64,000 bases of DNA from Macrostomum hystrix (lineage: Eukaryota > Animalia > Platyhelminthes), in NCBI GenBank assembly GCA_950097015.1, contig CATNEN010000001.1, positions 16,058,001 through 16,122,000 of the forward strand, written 5' to 3'. Below the pieces are notes generated by a model, which was not told the origin of the DNA, ran no database searches, and worked only from the letters and a program-made list of their open reading frames with translations. Numbering within the stretch: the stretch's first letter is position 1; every line of letters begins with the position of its first letter. Shown in pieces: positions 44,955-58,362 of this stretch. A program made the position numbers and the translations under genes.

Positions 44955-47900
44955 AGGCGGAGGCGGACTGGCTAAAGCAGCACCGGAGGGGCTGGGGCAG
45001 GCACCAGCTGAAGAGCTTCTCTGCGTTGCCAGGCTTGACGGCGACTTGGGCTTGCCCTTGCGGGGTCCGCGCTCATGCTGAACCGCTGGAACCGTGGCAC
45101 AGTGTGGGCTGTCACACTCCTGCCTTTTCTCCCTTCCTCTCTCCCTTCCTCTCTCCCTTCCTCTCTCCCTTCCTCTCTCCCTTCCTCTCTCCCTTCCTCT
45201 CTCCCTTCCTCTCTTCCTTCCTCTCTCCTTTCCTCTCTCCCTTCATCTCTCCTTTCCTCTCTCCCTTTCTCTCTCCCTTCCTCTCTCCCTTCCTCTCTCC
45301 CTTCCTCTCTCCCTTCCTCTCTCCCTTCATCTCTCCCTTCCTCTCTCCCTTCCTTTCTCCTTTCCTCTCTCCCTTCCTCTCTCCCTTCATCTCTTCCTTC
45401 CTCTCTCCTTTCCTCTCTCCCTTCATCTCTCCTTTCCTCTCTCCCTTTCTCTCTCCCTTCCTCTCTCCCTTCCTTTCTCCTTTCCTCTCTCCCTTCCTCT
45501 CTCCCTTCATCTCTCCCTTCCTCTCTCCCTTCCTTTCTCCTTTCCTCTCTCCCTTCCTCTCTCCCTTCATCTCTTCCTTCCTCTCTCCTTTCCTCTCTCC
45601 CTTCATCTCTCCTTTCCTCTCTCCCTTTCTCTCTCCCTTCCTCTCTCCCTTCCTTTCTCCTTTCCTCTCTCCCTTCCTCTCTCCCTTCATCTCTCCCTTC
45701 CTCTCTCCCTCCCTTTCTCTCACCATCCTTGTTCATCCTGGCCTCGAAGCACTTGTGCAGGCGGCAGGCGCGGCACTGGTTGCGGTGTGTCTTGTCCACC
45801 GGGCAGCGGTCGCGGCCTTCGCCCTGGGCCTTGCAGGCGTAGGCCCGGCCCTTGTGGATGCTGCGCTTGAAGAAGCCGGAGCAGCCGTCGCAGCTGTACA
45901 CGCCGTAGTGCTTGCCGCTGGAACGATCGCCGCACACCTTGCAGGGAATGTCCAGAAGCCGGTCACCTGCGGTGGGGAGAATATTTGATGTGCGAGATCG
46001 CGTGAGATTGGATGAGAGAGTTGTGAGATTAGATGGGAGAGTTGTGAGATTTGGATGAGAGAGTTGTGAGATTAGATGTGAGAGTTGTGAGATTAGATGT
46101 GAGAGTTGTGAGATTAGATGGGAGAGTTGTGAGATTAGATGGGAGAGTTGTGAGATTAGATGGGAGAGTTGTGAGATTAGATGGGAGAGTTGTGAAATTA
46201 GATGGGAGAGCTGTGAGATCAGATGGGAGAGTTGTGAGATTAGATGGGAAAGTTGTGAAATTAGATGGGAGAGTTGTGAGATCAGATGGGAGAGTTGTGA
46301 AATTAGATGGGAGAGTTGTGAGATCAGATGGGAGAGTTGTGAGATCAGATGGGAGAGTTGTGAGATTAGATGGGAAAGTTGTGAAATTAGATGGGAGAGT
46401 TGTGAGATCAGATGGGAGAGTTGTGAAATTAGATGGGAGAGTTGTGAGATCAGATGGGAGAGTTGTGAGATTAGATGGGAGAGTTGTGAGATCAGATGGG
46501 AGAGTTGTGAAATTAGATGGGAGAGTTGTGAGATCAGATGGGAGAGTTGTGAGATTAGATGGGTGAGTTGTGAAATTAGATGGGAGATTTGTGAGATCAG
46601 ATTTGAGAGTTGTGAGATTAGATGGGAGAGTTGTGAGATTTGGATGAGAGAGTTGGGAGATTAGATGAGAGAGTTTTGAGATTAGATGAGAGAGTTGTGA
46701 GACTAGATGAGAGAGTTGTGAGATTAGATGTGAGAGTTGTGAGATTGGATGGGAGAGTTGTGAGATCGGATGAATGAGAAGCTTACAGAACCATTTCAGT
46801 AGATTCCTTGTTTCATCGCAGACCCCTTCAGAAGAGAAGAAATGCCTGCCCAAATGGTCGGACAGTTTTGTCGAAAAATCAATTAGCTTTCAATTGAATG
46901 CGACCCTCGAGCTCATTTGTTTTTATTCGGGGTTGAAAAATTCTTTTGTGGACCAAGAAATCGCTGCTTGCCAACGCTATTGACCGTCTCAACATGCCAG
47001 TGCCCGAGCCCTGATTGACCGGTGGGAGTCCCTGGGAACCGCCACATTTTCCTTCATTCCCTCCCCGTCTTTCCCGTTCTCTCTGCCAGCGCCTCAGAGG
47101 ATCTTGTCGAGCCAAGCCGGTCGGTTCCAATCCCAAACAGATAAGTTAAAGCAGGCGGGAGCAGTGATTGAAAAGTGGCCAGCCGACTGCAAAAAGAAAC
47201 CTTTGGCCAAGGGGGGAGGCTGGAATCGATCGACAGGGACTCGCCGAGATTGAAAGGGAAAGCGCTGACGGAGCCGTGAATCCTCGTTGACCGTCTCCTT
47301 GATGGAGAATGGGCAGCATGTCACACAGCCTGTCTGTTCTCTCACACTAGTCGATGGAAGAAGCCAGCGCGAGCTGCCGCAACTCATGCATCCTCTTCTG
47401 CTTCTCCAAATCCCTTCTGCACTCAATAATTTCTGATCGGCCACAAAATCCCCCTCAGCCATAGCTAAGTGGCGGGACCAGCGAGGCTGACATGACTGAC
47501 TCAAGACAGATGAGCTCACACACAGCTGCCACACTGCTACAGTATCTGTTCTCAGGCCATCAGCTAAAATGGCATCCATTTCGAAATCCGCTACAGGTGA
47601 GCTGCTGCTGCTGCTGGCAGGTGAGCACAGCTGTTGAAACACTCGTTCCCTGTCCAGTGTGTGTGTGTGTGTTTACTTTTCCTATTCACGGGCATGTAGC
47701 CGGATTTGACCACTGGCGTTTGAGTTGTGAAGTCTGAGTTGATTCTCTTCGCATTTTCTTGATTGGAAAAATTCACAAAAAATCAAGGACCTTAACCTAC
47801 CCTCCAACCTAATACACACCCAGACCTCACATTGAGGCAATGTATCAGATGTTTGTAAGGACACTTCACTTTCTAGAGCCTTATTTTGAATTTCTTAGCA

Positions 47901-50810
47901 GACTTACACACTCGATTCAGTATCAACCTGAGGATCTGGGAGAGTGTTATCCTCAACCTGAGGATCTGGGAGAGTTTTATCCTCAACCTGAGGATCTGGG
48001 AGAGTGTTATCCTCAACCTGAGGATCTGGGAGAGTGTTATCCTCAACCTGAGTATCTGGGAGAGTTTTATCCTCAACCTGAGTATCTGGGAGAGTTTTAT
48101 CCTCAACCTGAGGATCTGGGAGAGTGTTATCCTCAACCTGAGTATCTGGGAGAGTTTTATCCTCAACCTGAGGATCTGGGAGAGTGTTATCCTCAACCTG
48201 AGGATCTGGGAGAGTGTTATACTCAACCTGAGGATCTGGGAGAGTGTTATCCTCAACCTGAGGATCTGGGAGAGTGTTATCCTCAACCTGAGGATCTGGG
48301 AGAGTGTTATCCTCAACCTGAGGATCTGGGAGAGTGTTATCCTCAACCTGAGGATCTGGGAGAGTGTTATCCTCAACCTGAGGATCTGGGAGAGTGTTAT
48401 CCTCAACCTGAGGATCTGGGAGAGTGTTATCCTCAACCTGAGGATCTGGGAGAGTGTTATCCTCAACCTGAGTATCTGGGAGAGTTTTATCCTCAACCTG
48501 AGGATCTGGGAGAGTGTTATCCTCAACCTGAGTATCTGGGAGAGTGTTATCCTCAACCTGAGGATCTGGGAGAGTGTTATCCTCAACCTGAGGATCTGGG
48601 AGAGTGTTATCCTCAACCTGAGTATCTGGGAGAGTTTTATCCTCAACCTGAGTATCTGGGAGAGTTTTATCCTCAACCTGAGGATCTGGGAGAGTGTTAT
48701 CCTCAACCTGAGGATCTGGGAGAGTTTTATCCTCAACCTGAGGATCTGGGAGAGTGTTATCCTCAACCTGAGGATCTGGGAGAGTGTTATCCTCAACCTG
48801 AGTATCTGGGAGAGTTTTATCCTCAACCTGAGGATCTGGGAGAGTGTTATCCTCAACCTGAGTATCTGGGAGAGTGTTATCCTCAACCTGAGGATCTGGG
48901 AGAGTGTTATCCTCAACCTGAGGATCTGGGAGAGTGTTATCCTCAACCTGAGGATCTGGGAGAGTGTTATCCTCAACCTGAGTATCTGGGAGAGTTTTAT
49001 CCTCAACCTGAGGATCTGGGAGAGTGTTATCCTCAACCTGAGGATCTGGGAGAGTGTTATCCTCAACCTGAGGATCTGGGAGAGTGTTATCCTCAACCTG
49101 AGGATCTGGGAGAGTTTTATCCTCAACCTGAGTATCTGGGAGAGTGTTATCCTCAACCTGAGTATCTGGGAGAGTGTTATCCTCAACCTGAGGATCTGGG
49201 AGAGTGTTATCCTCAACCTGAGGATCTAGGAGAGTGTTATCCTCAACCTGAGTATCTGGGAGAGTGTTATCTTCAACCTGAGGATCTGAGAGAGTTTTAT
49301 CCTCAACCTGAGTATCTGGGAGAGTGTTATCCTCAACCTGAGGATCTGGGAGAGTGTTATCCTCAACCTGAGTATCTGGGAGTGTGTTATCCTCAACCTG
49401 AGGATCTGGGAGAGTGTTATCCTCAACCTGAGGATCTGGGAGAGTTTTATCCTCAACCTGAGGATCTGGGAGAGTGTTATCCTCAACCTGAGGATCTGGG
49501 AGAGTTTTATCCTCAACCTGAGTATCTGGGAGTGTGTTATCTTCAACCTGAGGATCTGAGAGAGTTTTATCCTCAACCTGAGTATCTGGGAGTGTGTTAT
49601 CCTCAACCTGAGGATCTGGGAGAGTGTTATCCTCAACCTGAGGATCTGGGAGTGTGTTATCCTCAACCTGAGGATCTGGGAGAGTGTTATCCTCAACCTG
49701 AGTATCTAGGAGAGTGTTATCCTCAAGCTGAGGATCTGGGAGAGTGTTATCCTCAACCTGAGTATCTAGGAGAGTGTTATCCTCAACCTGAGGATCTGGG
49801 AGTGTGTCAGTTTGGTCGAAATATGAAACCCGAATCCTGATGTTGTCGCAAAGTGCTCACAACTTCAAGAAGGCAAATCCCTGACAGTGTTTGTCGAGCA
49901 GGGAGCGTGACAAATGTTGAATGTTTTAAAATATTTAGAAAGTCAAACAGAACTGTATTCACAATCTGCTAAGGTAAGTAATCTGTCAAAATCTTGCAAC
50001 AGTTGGTGCTGGAGAGTTGCAGTCTCAACTTTCCGAATTCATTCGAACAAAAAAAGACAACTTAGTCAGGAAAAAAGTTAGAAAGCGTAAAGTTTGCCAA
50101 ACGTGGTTGAAATTGAGGTTGTGTTGGCAGGGCTTGGCTTTCCAAAACACCAGTTTTTGACAGAAATCGAGTTCTCAGGTTCGCTTGTTGCTTGACCGAT
50201 TTTGTTTAAACTCAAAGACCTGCGACCTCGACTGAGACCTTGGATAAACTTTGGAACAACAAAACGCGTGAGATTTCTTGGATTTGGAAGATTTGAAGGT
50301 CAATAGGAGAAAGGGTGTGTGAGGAAGGGTGAGATTTCAGGATTGGTGAGTTTTTGTTATGGGTGAGATTTCGTTATGGGTGAGATTTCGCAATGGGTGA
50401 AATTTCTGGACGTGAGATTCAGGATGGGTGAGATTTCAGAATTTGGTGAGATTTCAGGATGGGTGAGATTTCAGGATGGGTGAGATTTCAGGATGGGTGA
50501 GATTTCAGGATGAGTGAGATTTCAGAATGGGTGAGATTTCAGGATGGGTGAGATTTCAGGAAGGGTGAGATTTAAGGATGGGTGAGATTTCAGGATGGGT
50601 GAGATTTCAGGATGAGTGAGATTTCAGGATGAGTGAGATTTCAGGATGGGTGAGATTTCAGGATGGGTGAGATTTCAGGATGGGTGAGATTTCAGGATGG
50701 GTGAGATTTCAGGATGAGTGGTATCACAGAAGGCACAGTGAACAGCCAGGCTTACTTGACCGACCGTCCTCAGTCAGCGCCATGTGTTGCTGCTCGAAGC
50801 CGGAGTCCAT
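42114..50810 (-). CDS. dsf: NR2E nuclear receptor, dissatisfaction-like. Exons 50810-50756 (tentative), 45966-45724, 45085-44285, 43886-43783, 42434-42114
   Basis: [40 protein letters not shown]...[18 protein letters not shown]-box [16 protein letters not shown]...YPRQ|[10 protein letters not shown] and AF-2-like IDRLLNDLF. All GT-AG junctions are phase-compatible. Confidence 0.9.
42450..43045. repeat. 17-bp intronic minisatellite (~35 copies)
   Basis: (TGAATGACCTGCGTCAC)n, highly homogeneous. Confidence 0.97.
43055..43762. repeat. 8-bp intronic repeat
   Basis: (CCCAGAGT)n with variants. Confidence 0.95.
45125..45720. repeat. 12-bp intronic repeat
   Basis: (CTTCCTCTCTCC)n filling the intron after the DBD exon. 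Confidence 0.96.
46000..46772. repeat. 21-bp intronic minisatellite
   Basis: (GAGAGTTGTGAGATTAGATGG)n. Confidence 0.96.
47923..49806. repeat. 30-bp minisatellite (~62 copies)
   Basis: (CCTCAACCTGAGGATCTGGGAGAGTGTTAT)n with G/T variants and no indels. Confidence 0.98.
50325..50718. repeat. 17-bp minisatellite
   Basis: (GGGTGAGATTTCAGGAT)n. Confidence 0.95.
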
Positions 50811-50983
50811 TGCCAGCTTCCTTCTATTCAAGCGGCAAGAAAATGAGACAAGAATCGATTTCCACTCTGAATTGAACTGCTCCAACCGTGAAGCTTGTTA
50901 CCTTTATAGCTTCGATTGAGTCGGCCTTGAGTTCTGCCTACACTTGATGCCAGAGGGGCATCCTGTGTCTCCCAGTCAGCGGC

Positions 50984-51020
50984 AGCCAATCAGGCAACGT
51001 CCGCCCCGCTGCCCCTGCCC
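50984..51020 (-). promoter_or_regulatory. Candidate proximal promoter of the dsf-like gene (CCAAT box and GC boxes)
   Basis: AGCCAATCA and CCGCCCC about 180-200 bp upstream of the tentative first ATG. Confidence 0.35.
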
Positions 51021-51834
51021 TCCGTCTCGTGGGATTTTTCCCAGATGCCGTCAAGTTTTAGCCGTCAAAAAATAACAAGGAGGCGACCACAGCTCAATCA
51101 CGGCTAAGCAAAATGGAAGTGTCATGTCAGTCTCGGCCCAAGCTCCACTTTGTTTAAATCGAAAGTTTGTAATCCCATGCAGAGATGTTACACCTCCCTC
51201 TCAGCCGCGGATTAATAATTCAACCGGGGATCCGTATTCTTTTTTGAGAAGACAAGACTCAAAGGTGGAGAAAGTAAAATTAAATAAATTGTCCGGAGTT
51301 GAGACAATACAGGTTTCTCCAGTTTAAGCGAATCAATTCATCAATTATCCACCAGTGTTGCGTGAGCCGCTTTGAGGGGCTGCCAAATACTCGAGAATTG
51401 CGACACCAACTGACTCAGGAGCCCGGTGTATGAGCACAATAGATCACTTCTACTCACTCCCGACTCAACTCTTTACTTTCACCTTCAGCCTCCAAGTTGT
51501 CACGCCACCCTCTGCCACTCACTGCTGTGTGCTGCTAGGCATGCAATATTAACTAACACTAAATCAGGTCGGAGCAATTGCAGTTTGAGGCAGAGAAGTT
51601 GAGATTTGAAAATTAATTTGACCAAAGAGACGGCATTGCTAAAGCTGAATTATTAATGCAACCGATTGTTCATTGTTCTGGGTGGAGCTTGACTAACTGA
51701 ACTGCACAGCTGCCCGCTTATTAACTCATCCACTCACAATGAGCCGCTCAGTGTGTGCTTCTGCTGAATACACTAGCCTGCTAATTTATCTGCATTACAG
51801 AAATATCTGTAACACCTCAATATGGGTGAGCTCA

Positions 51835-53435
51835 TTCCTTCACCCATCTGCCCATCCCTTCACCCATCTGCCCATCCCTTCACCCATCTGCCCATCCCTT
51901 CACCCATCTCCCCATCCCTTCACCCATCTGCCCATCCCTTCACCCATCTCCCCATCCCTTCACCCATCTGCCCATCCCTTCACCCATCTCCCCATCCCTT
52001 CACCCATCTTCCCATCACTTCACTCGTCTGCCCATCCCTTCACTCGTCTCCCCATCCCTTCACCCATCTCCCCATACCTTCACCCATCTCCCCATCCCTT
52101 CACCCATCTGCCCATACCTTCACCCATCTGCCCATCCCTTCACCAATCTGCCCATCCCTTCACCCATCTCCCCATCCCTTCACCCATCTTCCCATCACTT
52201 CACTCGTCTGCCCATCCCTTCACTCGTCTCCCCATCCCTTCACCAATCTGCCCATCCCTTCACCCATCTCCCCATCCCTTCACCCATCTTCCCATCACTT
52301 CACTCGTCTGCCCATCCCTTCACTCGTCTCCCCATCCCTTCACCCATCTGCCCATACCTTCACCCATCTCCCCATCCCTTCACCCATCTCCCCATCCCTT
52401 CACCCATCTTCCCATCACTTCACTCGTCTGCCCATCCCTTCACTCGTCTCCCCATCCCTTTACTAGTCTCCAATCCCTTCACTCGTCTCCCCATCCCTTT
52501 ACTAGTCTCCCCATCCCTTCACTCGTCTCCCCATCCCTTTACTAGTCTCCCCATCCCTTTACTCGTCTCCCCATCCCTTTACTAGTCTCCCCATCCCTTC
52601 ACTCGTCTCCCCATCCCTTTACTCGTCTGCCCATCCCTTCACTCGTCTCCCCATCCCTTCACTCGTCTCCCCATCCCTTTACTCGTCTGCCCATCCCTTC
52701 ACCCATCTTCCCCATCCCTTCACCCATCTTCCCATCCCTTCACTCGTCTCCCCACCCCTTCACTCGTCTCCCCATCCCTTCACTCGTCTCCCCATCCCTT
52801 CACCCATCTTCCCATCCCTTCACTCGTCTGCCCATCCCTTCACTCGTCTGCCCATCCCTTCACTCGTCTCCCCATCCCTTCACTCGTCTCCCCATCCCTT
52901 CACCCATCTTCCCCATCCCTTCACCCATCTTCCCATCCCTTCACTCGTCTGCCCATCCCTTCACTCGTCTCCCCATCCCTTCACTCGTCTCCCCATCCCT
53001 TCACCCATCTTCCCATCTCTTCACTCGTCTGCCCATCCCTTCACTCGTCTCCCCATCCCTTTACTCGTTTACCCATCCCTTCACTCGTCTCCCCATCCCT
53101 TTACTAGTCTCCCCATCCCTTTACTCGTCTCCCCATCCCTTTACTAGTCTCCCCATCCATTCACTCGTCTCCCCATCCCTTTACTCGTCTGCCCATCCCT
53201 TCACTCGTCTCCCCATCCCTTCACTCGTCTCCCCATCCCTTCACTCGTCTCCCCATCTCTTCACTCGTCTCCCCATCGCTTTACTCGTCTGCCCATCCCT
53301 TCACTCGTCTCCCCATCCCTTCACTCGTCTCCCCATCTCCCTTCACCCATATCCTATCCCTTCATCTAACCCTATCCCTTTACCCATCTCCTATCCGTTC
53401 ACCCATCACCCTTCACCCATCTGCCCATCCCTTCA
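51835..53435. repeat. 20-bp minisatellite
   Basis: (CACCCATCTGCCCATCCCTT)n grading into (CACTCGTCTCCCCATCCCTT)n. Confidence 0.97.
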
Positions 53436-53824
53436 CTGATCAATATATCAGTCAGGAAATCAACGAAAAGCTCCGCTTTTAATTTGAAACATGCAATTCA
53501 CTTTTAGCAGTGCTGCTTCTTGGAAACAGAGACAGAAGACACTGTAAGTTATACAAAAAATGTTTATACTTTATTTAACAAGTCATAAACAAGTAAATTT
53601 TTTGATGGAATGTAAGGACGGAATTGAAATCGCTAGTGAAAAATGTAACCTACAAACCAGTGCCCGCCACTGCGTATAAGGCGTTAAAATTCAGAAATAG
53701 TACGTACGAATAACACAAGGATAATTTAGGATACAATTCGCATTTGCATACGAAACTACTTACAGTAGGCACATTGTTTTCTTTTTAGTAATGCTTTTGG
53801 TATCTAAGGACGCTATTTACCCCA

Positions 53825-54425
53825 ACCTTCAGGTATCTAATGGACACCACTTCCCCTGAACCTTCAGGTATCTGATGGACATCACTTCCCCTGAACCTTC
53901 AGGTATCTGATGGACATCACTTCCCCTGAACCTTCAGGTATCTGATGGACATCACTTCCCCTGAACCTTCAGGTATCTGATGGACATCACTTCCCCTGAA
54001 CCTTCAGGTATCTGATGGACATCACTTCCCCTGAACCTTCAGGTATCTAACGGACATCACTTCCCCTGAACCTTCAGGTATCTAATGGACATCACTTCCC
54101 CTGAACCTTCATGTATCTAACGGACATCACTTCCCCTGAACCTTCAGGTATCTAATGGACATCACTTCCCCTGAACCTTCATTTATCTAACGGACATCAC
54201 TTCCCCTGAACCTTCAGGTATCTAACGGACATCACTTCCCCTGAACCTTCACGTATCTAATGTACATCACTTCTCCTGAACCTTCAGGTATCTGATGGAC
54301 ATCACTTCCCCTGAACCTTCAGGTATCTAATGGACACCACTTCCCCTGAACCTTCAGGTATCTAGGGCGCTATTCTCTTGAACCTTCAGGTATCTAGGGC
54401 GCTATTCTCTTGAACCTTCAGGTAT
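53825..54425. repeat. 35-bp minisatellite
   Basis: (CCTTCAGGTATCTGATGGACATCACTTCCCCTGAA)n. Confidence 0.96.
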
Positions 54426-54501
54426 CAAAGGACATCCTTCACCCTGAGATTTCAGATGTCTGTGGCAATCCGTTATTCTGAACCTCCAGGTGTTGGTGGC
54501 G

Positions 54502-57500
54502 TCAGAAGTTGACAAAGTCAAAGTCGCGCTTATTAGCGAGAGTGACAGTGAGAGTAGCCGAGTCCGCGTCAAAGCGGGCTGTTCCGCTATCAGGATCAAC
54601 GGGATGCGGCAGGTGCAAGCCGAGCCTGTAGCGAGCCGACCTGAGATCCAGAAACCTGTCGCGAACGTCCAGGTTCAACTCGTTGGCCGATTTTGTTCCA
54701 GGCAGTTTGATGCTGATCTGCGGGTTTTTTCATAACAACTTAAAAAAGACAAAACAATGTACCTATCACACTACTGACAGCTGGACCTCAGTAGAAATAA
54801 AAGCAAGTTACTGGCGTTTTCTTAAAAAAATCAACTAAAAAACAAAAAATCGTTCATTTTTATGACAAAACTTTCTTAAACAATTGATTATATTTTTAGA
54901 TATTTATTAGTCAGTCACAATCCGGAAACTTTTCTGGTAGTTGGTCCAACAAGTTGCAACTTGGGCAGTTGAGCTCGCCTCATAGCTAATGCGCTGCCAA
55001 CACAACAGAAGCAGCCTCCAACAGCAGATATCACGCCATGCTCCGGCTCGCCTGCTTTCGCTAAGGACAACCGGCGACCCGCACAGTTTCCATTCACCGA
55101 CGAGGCCGAAGATGACGTCAATGATGAGCCGAAGTGCCAGCCGCCGAGTTCAGCTTGCAAACGGTTGCGCTGAAGGCAGACCTCGCAGACTAGCTTCTTG
55201 GTGCAGCTGCAGATTCGCGCTGTATCGGCTGAGGCGGGAGTGGAGGCTGGAGAATACTCGATTGGCGGCCTGCCGAGATCAGCGTAGGGAATTGTGTCAG
55301 ACGGTTGGGGAATTGTGTCAGACGGTTGGGGAATTGTGTCAGACGGTTGGGTAATTGTGTCAGACGGTTGGGTAATTGTGTCAGACGGTTGAGGAATTGA
55401 GTCAGACGGTTGGGTAATTGTGTCAGACGGTTCGGTAGTTGTGTCAGACGGTTGGGGAATCGTGTCAGACGGTTGGGTAATTGTGTCAGACGGTTGGGTA
55501 ATTGTGTCAGACGGTTGGGGAAGTGGGTCAGAAGATTCAGACAATCTGGAAGTGTCCATCAATAAGAATAAGGAAGTCTGCAGCTTACAGGCAGTCAACA
55601 CAGAAGCGCAGGTCGCACACGCAGCATCTGGTGGCAGTCGGGTGGGCAGTCAGCGGCAGGCAGCAGTGACACTGCGGGCTGAGCTTCAGTCCGCACAGCA
55701 GGCAGGACCTGACGCCGTCGCCAGCCAAGGAGCGCTCCAGGAAGCGCAGTCGCTGGGCGCAGCCGTGCAAGCGAAGAGTTTCGCCCAACTGCAGGGCCTC
55801 CCAGCGGCGCAGCACGCAGGTCACGTGATCGAGCTCGGCGTCAGTTAGCAACAGGCTGGGATTTTGACTGTGCCAACCGCGCTGTATTTTCTGTCGCAAA
55901 TTCAACTGACGATCGGTTGGAAATCTCTGCTTGAAGAACTGCTTCACTCGCTGAGTCATTTGGGCAGCTTACAGGTTCAGCAGCTTGCGGATTCAACAGC
56001 TTGCAGATTCAGCAGCTTACAGGTTCAACAGCTTACAGGTTCAACAGCTTGCAGATTCAAAAGCTTGCAGATTCAACAGCTTGCAGATTCAACAGCTTGC
56101 AGATTCAGCAGCTTGCAGATTCAACAGCTTGCAGGTTCAGCAGCTTGCAGATTCAACAGCTTGCAGATTCAACAGCTTGCAGATTCAGCAGCTTGCAGAA
56201 TCGACAGCTTGCAGATTCAGCAGCTTGCAGGTTTAAAAGCTTGCAGATTCCACAGCTGGCAGATTCAACAGCTTGCAGATTCAACAGCTTGCAGGTTCAA
56301 CAGCTGGCAGATTCAACAGCTTGCAGATTCAACAGCTGGCAGATTCAACAGCTTGCAGATTCAACAGCTGGCAGATTCAACAGCTTGCAGATTCAACAGC
56401 TTGCAGATTCAACAGCTTGCAGATTCAACAGCTTGCAGATTCAACAGCTTGCAGGTTCAACAGCTGGCAGATTCAACAGCTTGCAGATTCAACAGCTTGC
56501 AGATTCAACAGCTTGCAGGTTCAACAGCTGGCAGATTCAACAGCTTGCAGATTCAACAGCTTGCAGATTCAACAGCTGGCAGATTCAACAGCTTGCAGAT
56601 TCAACAGCTTGCAGATTCAACAGCTTGCAGATTCAACAGCTTGCAGGTTCAACAGCTGGCAGATTCAACAGCTTGCAGATTCAACAGCTTGCAGATTCAA
56701 CAGCTTGCAGATTCAACAGCTTGCAGATTCAACAGCTTGCAGGTTCAACAGCTGGCAGATTCAACAGCTTGCAGATTCAACAGCTTGCAGATTCAACAGC
56801 TGGCAGATTCAACAGCTTGCAGATTCAACAGCTTGCAGATTCAACAGCTTGCAGAGTCAACAGCTTGCAGGTTCAACAGCTGGCAGATTCAACAGCTTGC
56901 AGATTCAACAGCTTGCAGATTCAACAGCTTGCAGATTCAACAGCTTGCAGGTTCAACAGCTTGCAGATTCAACAGCTTGCAGATTCAACAGCTTGCAGAT
57001 TCAACAGCTTGCAGATTCAACAGCTTGCAGATTCAACAGCTTGCAGATTCAACAGCTTGCAGGTTCAACAGCTTGCAGATTCAACAGCTTGCAGATTCAA
57101 CAGCTTGCAGATTCAACAGCTTGCAGATTCAACAGCTTGCAGATTCAACAGCTTGCAGATTCAACAGCTTGCAGGTTCAACAGCTGGCAGATTCAACAGC
57201 TTGCAGATTCAACAGCTTGCAGATTCAACAGCTGGCAGATTCAACAGCTTGCAGATTCAACAGCTTGCAGATTCAACAGCTTGCAGAGTCAACAGCTTGC
57301 AGGTTCAACAGCTGGCAGATTCAACAGCTTGCAGATTCAACAGCTTGCAGATTCAACAGCTTGCAGATTCAACAGCTTGCAGGTTCAACAGCTTGCAGAT
57401 TCAACAGCTTGCAGATTCAACAGCTTGCAGATTCAACAGCTTGCAGATTCAACAGCTTGCAGATTCAACAGCTGGCAGATTCAACAGCTTGCAGATTCAA

Positions 57501-58327
57501 CAGCTTGCAGGTTCAACAGCTTGCAGATTCAACAGCTGGCAGATTCAACAGCTTGCAGATTCAACAGCTTGCAGATTCAACAGCTTGCAGATTCAACAGC
57601 TTGCAGATTCAACAGCTTGCAGGTTCAACAGCTTGCAAATTCAACAGCTTGCAGATTCAACAGCTTGCAGATTCAACAGCTTGCAGATTCAACAGCTTGC
57701 AGATTCAACAGCTGGCAGATTCAACAGCTTGCAGATTCAACAGCTTGCAGGTTCAACAGCTTGCAGATTCAACAGCTTGCAGATTCAACAGCTTGCAGAT
57801 TCAACAGCTTGCAGGTTCAACAGCTTGCAGATTCAACAGCTTGCAGATTCAACAGCTGGCAGATTCAACAGCTTGCAGATTCAACAGCTGGCAGATTCAA
57901 CAGCTTGTATTTAGGATTCTAATTGAAATGCAGTGCTACTAGAAGCAGGGAAACGCAAACTAAGCGCAGAAAAAACGCATATAAATATTGGGGCAGCAGG
58001 GCAACCCCTAGGCTGCACATCCGGGCGATTCCTCATCCCAAAATGGGATCTGGCCTGGGATCCTAGCCTGAACCGGTCTGAAAGTGCCTATTAAAAAAAC
58101 AGATTTCACATAGAAGCGCAGCTCACCACAATGTGTTCGCAGCTGGCTGTGGCGGGAGTTTTATTCCCAACGCCCAGAAACATATCCTCTGGCGTCACGG
58201 CCTGACGAAAGTGCATCTCGTACTGCGGCTGTTGACGCGGATCTAGCCGGTCGTCCAGAACGCCTGATTCTCCATCGCCAACCTCGTCAGGATGCCAAAT
58301 GTCGTTGGGATTGCTAGGCTCTGCAGT

Positions 58328-58362
<35 letters not shown>

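Noticed and set aside
44972-45937. Nuclear receptor DBD fused to a long (GREE)n charged tail
   Set aside because: Read-through into a 12-bp repeat intron. The GT at 45723 and AG at 45086 splice the DBD to AVQHERGPR.
47840-49840. 666-aa and 447-aa repeat ORFs
   Set aside because: They are translations of a 30-bp minisatellite that lacks stops in several frames on both strands, with no unique domain.
55864-57942. Three overlapping 550-690 aa ORFs (QIQQLADSTACRFNSL)n
   Set aside because: A 16-bp stop-free unit opens all three frames. The array is intronic and antisense to the real genes.
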